Of a DNA stretch of 64,000 nucleotides, positions 60,393 through 64,000 are shown in pieces. The stretch's first letter is position 1. Each line of letters opens with the position of its first letter. Made by a program: the position numbers and the translations under genes. Where the stretch lies: contig DDWR01000009.1 of NCBI GenBank assembly GCA_002347655.1, positions 861-64,860 of the forward strand, written 5' to 3'. The DNA comes from Verrucomicrobia bacterium UBA2281 (lineage in GTDB: Bacteria > Verrucomicrobiota > Kiritimatiellia > CAIQIC01 > Lenti-01). The notes beneath the pieces were generated by a model. It was not told the origin of the DNA. It was given only the letters and a program-made list of their open reading frames with translations, and did not search any database.

Positions 60393-61922
60393 CTATTGCC
60401 GCCCGGCGATGATCCGCGGGGTGATGAAAATCAGCGTTTCGTCGAAGCTTTTCGACTGCCCTTTGTTTTTGAACAGGGCGCCGACGAACGGAATATCCAT
60501 CAAATACGGAATGCCGGAGCTCGAACTGCTGTCCATTTCCTTGGACAACCCGCCGATGACGACGGTTTCGCCGTTGCGCAGCAGCACCGTGGTGCTGGCA
60601 TGCTTGGTGTTGACCGGGAATTCCCCGTTGCTTTCCGGCTTGGTCTCGTCGAACGTGTCCTTGTTCGCGGAAATCTCCACCCGCAGGTATTCTTCGTCCA
60701 CCACGTGGGGAATGACCTCCAGCTTCAGCACGGCCTTTTTCCATTCGATGTCGGCGCCCACGCCCGTCGTGCTCGATTTCTGGTAGGCGCGCTCCTCGCC
60801 GCTCTCGACGATGGCCGCCTCGTTGTCCAGCGTGATGATCGAGGGGCTGGACAGGATCTGGATGCGCCCTTTCCGCGCCAAGGCCGTCAACTGCATGCTC
60901 AGCATTTCGCTGGCGCCGATCTGTTCGGTCATCATCCCGAAGGTCAAGCCCACCGGATCGAGGTTCTGGGCGAACTGGGCGGGAAAGGCGGCGCCGTAGC
61001 CGCCGGCGCCCTGGCCGCCGGCCGCGACCAGGCGGCCATCGTCGATCCGCGCCACGTTGCCGCCCCACTGGACGCCCAATTGCCGGGCGGCGTCCCGCGT
61101 GGCTTCCACGATCCGCGCTTCGATGTGCACCTGGTGCTTCGCGCGGTCGAGCCGTTCCACCAAGGCGATCGCCTTGGCGATGTCTTCGCGGATCGCATGC
61201 ACGATGATGGCGTTGTTCTCTTCGTCGACGGACACGCTGGCCCGGGAACTGTATTCCCCGGCCGCAGCCTTGTCGGCCGCATCGGCCAACAGGGTCTTGA
61301 CCGTGGCGCCGATGTTCCGGGCCTTGGCGTATTTGATCGGAATCACCTGGATCGCCATCGGTTCGACCCGCCGCTTTTCGGCCTTCACCCCTTCGCGCTG
61401 CTTCAGCACCATTTCCATTTCGAGATCGCGCTTCATGTCGTCGATGGTCAACACCCGCAGCACGTCGCCATCCCACAGATAGGTCAATCCGGCGGTGGAC
61501 ACCACGCTGCGGAACGCCTGATCCCACGGCACGTTCTTGAAGGTGAACGCGACGGTCCCGGAGACCTGCGGACTGACCAGCATGTTCAGGCCGGCCGCTT
61601 TCGCCAGCGTCCGCAGGATCGCGGCCACGTCGGCCTCGTCCGTCAGCTCGAGATCGCTGAGGACCATGGTCGGCAACTCCCGGATTCCCAGCTCTTTCGG
61701 CAGCTCTTCGCGCTTCCGCGGCACGTTTTCCACCGCCGCCGGCAGGACCCGCGCGCGGACGGCCTCGTCGAGCGCGGCCGGCTTCGCCCGGCTGCCAGCC
61801 GAGTCGTTCAGCGCGGGCATCTTGTCCACGACGGCCGGCGCGGCGCAGCCGATCCAGATCGCCACCGCTCCCCCCATCAGCCCCATCGGCATACGGACCC
61901 ATCGGCCACGGTGCGTTTTCAT
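60393..61922 (-). CDS. pilQ: Secretin (PilQ/GspD family) lipoprotein
   Basis: Start MKTHRGRW (ATGA overlap), lipobox IWIGC, N0/N1 domains, and secretin core VVIGGL...GIPYLMDIPFVGALFK...ETLIFITPRII. Confidence 0.9.
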   Translation of the reverse strand: MKTHRGRWVRMPMGLMGGAVAIWIGCAAPAVVDKMPALNDSAGSRAKPAALDEAVRARVLPAAVENVPRKREELPKELGIRELPTMVLSDLELTDEADVAAILRTLAKAAGLNMLVSPQVSGTVAFTFKNVPWDQAFRSVVSTAGLTYLWDGDVLRVLTIDDMKRDLEMEMVLKQREGVKAEKRRVEPMAIQVIPIKYAKARNIGATVKTLLADAADKAAAGEYSSRASVSVDEENNAIIVHAIREDIAKAIALVERLDRAKHQVHIEARIVEATRDAARQLGVQWGGNVARIDDGRLVAAGGQGAGGYGAAFPAQFAQNLDPVGLTFGMMTEQIGASEMLSMQLTALARKGRIQILSSPSIITLDNEAAIVESGEERAYQKSSTTGVGADIEWKKAVLKLEVIPHVVDEEYLRVEISANKDTFDETKPESNGEFPVNTKHASTTVLLRNGETVVIGGLSKEMDSSSSSGIPYLMDIPFVGALFKNKGQSKSFDETLIFITPRIIAGRQ

Positions 61923-62413
61923 TTCGGCTCCTTTCGGGCTTTGGGCGCGTGCAAGGCAAGGGTCATGCGGCGCCCGCCGGTTCGGGAAATCAGCGTCACC
62001 TGGTCCGGCTGGATGGATTCCACCCGGAAATCGCCCGATCCCACCGGATCGTTTTCCTGGTATTCGCGCCCGTTCACGATGGCGAACCGCTGCGCGCCGA
62101 CCTGGATGAACCCCGTGTAGAGGAATCGCCCGCCGCCGATTTCCCGCGACTGGGGATCCGCGGCCCGATCGATGAAGGGCGTATCCGCCCAGGGACCGGA
62201 GGCTTGATCCAGCGCGAACGTTTCCAGCGGCTTGAGTTTCAGCGGAGCCATTTTGGCCCGCTGGGCCTCGACAAACGTCCGGATTTCGTCCTGCTGCCGG
62301 CGGGCTTGGGCGGTGCCCGCCGCGTCCCGGACGGAATCCAGCCCCAGGGAAGCGACCACCCAGGCGATCGCACCGCCCATGCCCCAGACCAGAATGCGTT
62401 CCCGCTTCGTCAT
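61919..62413 (-). CDS. PilP/GspC-like pilus assembly protein
   Basis: One TM helix and a C-terminal beta domain (FLYTGFIQVGAQRFAIVNGREY..GDFRVESIQPDQVTL). Confidence 0.6.
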   Translation of the reverse strand: MTKRERILVWGMGGAIAWVVASLGLDSVRDAAGTAQARRQQDEIRTFVEAQRAKMAPLKLKPLETFALDQASGPWADTPFIDRAADPQSREIGGGRFLYTGFIQVGAQRFAIVNGREYQENDPVGSGDFRVESIQPDQVTLISRTGGRRMTLALHAPKARKEPK

Positions 62414-62422
62414 GGCCTCTCC

Positions 62423-62959
62423 CTATTCCAGCGCCAGCCGCACCGCGACGTTGAACTGCTCCTGCAACGCCTCCCGCCGGACTTCCAGCCGCTCGATCCG
62501 CTCGAGCGCCGGCATCTGCGCCAAGCCCAGCAGGAACGCCCGGAGTTGCAGGTAGGGTCCGGTGGCGCGCAGTTCGACCGCCAAATATCGGCGACCTTGG
62601 TCGTCTAGCTGGACCCGCGGACTTGCCGCGCCCAGTTCGATCAGGCTGTTCGTCGCGATTTGCATGAACCGGTCCGTCACGGAAGCGATGTCGCGTTCGG
62701 ACAGTTTTTCCGGTTTCGGCAGGACCAGCTCCGGCCATTTCGCCGGAACGTCCAGCCGGGCCAGTTCCAGATAGATCGGATAGCAGGCTTCCAATTCAAC
62801 CCGCTCCGCGCGGGCCTTGGCCAGCCGCTCCTTCAACTGCCGGCTTGCGCGCAGCGGCAAGTACAAATGCGCGCCGGACCCCACCAGCAACACCACGAGC
62901 AGGATCTGGATGAAACTGTTCGTCAGCACGCGGCCCAAGATCGGAACGAGCGTTTTCAT
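62423..62959 (-). CDS. PilO-like pilus assembly protein
   Basis: N-terminal TM, coiled coil, and a ferredoxin-like C-terminus. The call rests mainly on position between pilN- and pilP-like genes. Confidence 0.6.
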   Translation of the reverse strand: MKTLVPILGRVLTNSFIQILLVVLLVGSGAHLYLPLRASRQLKERLAKARAERVELEACYPIYLELARLDVPAKWPELVLPKPEKLSERDIASVTDRFMQIATNSLIELGAASPRVQLDDQGRRYLAVELRATGPYLQLRAFLLGLAQMPALERIERLEVRREALQEQFNVAVRLALE

Positions 62960-64000
62960 GGACCCCCTCCGGCTGCCGGCGCCGGCGGCGCGGACGGCGA
63001 CGGACCGGCCAGGTCGTCCATTTGCATTTCCAGCGCGAACAGCAGGACCGGTTCGCCGCTTTCCGTGCCGGCTTCGGACCGCAACAGGGAAACGCCCCCA
63101 AACAGCTCGGCGTCTTCCAGCCGCATCTGGTAGGAAGCCAGTTTCGATTCCTGCACCCCGATTTCACCCAGGACGAGTCCTTCAAGGTGGAAACGGATCG
63201 GAGAATCCGTTTCGCCCGCGGTTTTCTTTTTCGCCCGTTTCCCGGCGTTGGCGGCCTCGCCGGGTTCCCACGTCGCGGAAATCAACCGGATGTCCTCGGG
63301 CGTCAGCCGCGCAAGCTGGTTCAAGGCCGCCGCCGGCAAATGGCGCCGGGCCATGGCTTTCAGCTGCGCGCTGTTCTGCGCCGCCCGGTCCGAGATCGCT
63401 TGCACCGCCGCCCGATCCGTGCGCGGCACGATGCGGCGGACGTTCTGCAGGCAGGCTTCCAACTCGGCATGCATCCGGCCGTTCGCCTGCGAGGCCAATC
63501 GGCTGCCCCCGAGCATCAACGCCGCCGCGATGGCCCCCAGACCGACCAGCAACTGCTTCGCCCGAATGCCGCGGGCTTCTTTATGACGCTTCACGTAGGT
63601 GTAGATCAAATTGGGCGACTGCGACTTGTCGGACAAGGCCGCCCCCAGGGCGAGCGCCATCTGGCCGGCCTCCTCCGGGCTCCACGCGCCCGCCTCCCGG
63701 CCCGCGAACCGATGCGCCCGGAACAGATCCAGCGGGCCGCTTTTCACGCCCAGTCGACTCCCCAATTCTTCGACCAGCGGCGCCAAGCCGGCCATGGCTC
63801 CGGCCACGTGGATTTCCTTGACCCCTTCGTCCCGCCCCACCAGATAGGCCGACAGCGAACGCTCCACCTGCTGGACCAGCCGGCCAAACGCCAACCGCAC
63901 GGTTTCCTTCAGCGAATCGATCTCCTCGGTCGCCGGCCCTGCGGTCCCATCCGCCGCCGGCGGACCGCCGGCGAACGCCGCGCGAATCGCATGATACGCC
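62956..64000 (-). CDS. Fused PilM (actin-like ATPase, C-terminal part visible) - PilN protein; 5' end outside the window
   Basis: The frame is open to position 64000 (checked by hand). PilM-like VKEIHVAGAMAGLAPLVEELG is followed by PilN-like SPNLIYTYVKRHK plus TM LLVGLGAIAAALMLGG in the same frame. Confidence 0.7.
   Translation of the reverse strand, partial: AYHAIRAAFAGGPPAADGTAGPATEEIDSLKETVRLAFGRLVQQVERSLSAYLVGRDEGVKEIHVAGAMAGLAPLVEELGSRLGVKSGPLDLFRAHRFAGREAGAWSPEEAGQMALALGAALSDKSQSPNLIYTYVKRHKEARGIRAKQLLVGLGAIAAALMLGGSRLASQANGRMHAELEACLQNVRRIVPRTDRAAVQAISDRAAQNSAQLKAMARRHLPAAALNQLARLTPEDIRLISATWEPGEAANAGKRAKKKTAGETDSPIRFHLEGLVLGEIGVQESKLASYQMRLEDAELFGGVSLLRSEAGTESGEPVLLFALEMQMDDLAGPSPSAPPAPAAGGGP

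Noticed and set aside
58659-62120. 1153-aa plus-strand ORF and the 1108-aa minus-strand ORF 58633-61959
   Set aside because: Both are out-of-frame or antisense shadows over the pilB/pilQ genes. They have low-complexity Arg/Gly/Asp/His composition, which is typical of high-GC DNA.

Overview
GC-rich bacterial chromosomal segment (roughly two-thirds G+C by eye, not computed). The gene content (DUF1573, many pseudopilins, sigma-54 control, paired Mla/MCE systems) suggests a PVC-type Gram-negative such as Verrucomicrobia, Kiritimatiellia or Lentisphaerae, but this taxonomy is inference only. I can support about 60 protein genes, 2 tRNAs (Leu-GAG, Thr-CGU), several promoters and terminators, and one repeat family. 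Many long ORFs in the track are antisense or out-of-frame shadows (Arg/Gly/Pro/His-rich); real genes were picked by recognisable motifs, signal peptides and SD/start geometry. Adjacent genes are very often translationally coupled by ATGA/GTGA overlaps. Main blocks: (1) 1-2133, split protease-inhibitor/C10-like peptidase pair. (2) 2273-6045, GT4 glycosyltransferase, a repeat-domain protein and glgC. (3) 6154-15486, a tightly packed 9-gene minus-strand operon. It joins an Mla/MCE-like transporter that has a motif-dead ATPase, a TPR lipoprotein, an SH3b protein, an M48 protease, a CHASE2 adenylate cyclase, an MBL hydrolase and a cNMP-gated MscS channel. (4) 15568-21956, mutY, a PhnP-like MBL, and the coupled set DUF1573-rhodanese-MauE-sdaA-Cas4-like nuclease. 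(5) 21961-28940, exopolysaccharide export genes (Wzy-like/TPR, Wza, Wzc BY-kinase, OM barrel). (6) 31118-38237, an 8-gene operon: panD, dihydropyrimidinase, a WPLW-repeat protein, mlaEFD, a small protein and a polyprenyl synthase. (7) 38355-49657, housekeeping genes (pabB-pabC fusion, tsaB, HU, ispD, surA-pdxA, tsaE, a two-component pair, EamA). (8) 49801-51831, a candidate fluoride riboswitch with terminator/antiterminator, driving a 35-codon enolase remnant ORF and a CBS-domain cation/H+ antiporter. (9) 52181-64000, a type IV pilus/T2SS-like cluster with an embedded membrane-anchored sigma-54 activator and a near-consensus sigma-54 promoter in front of the major pilin. A 31-bp AT-rich palindromic element always occurs as a tandem dimer and is found at three intergenic loci. 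No CRISPR array, rRNA, transposase or integrase was seen.
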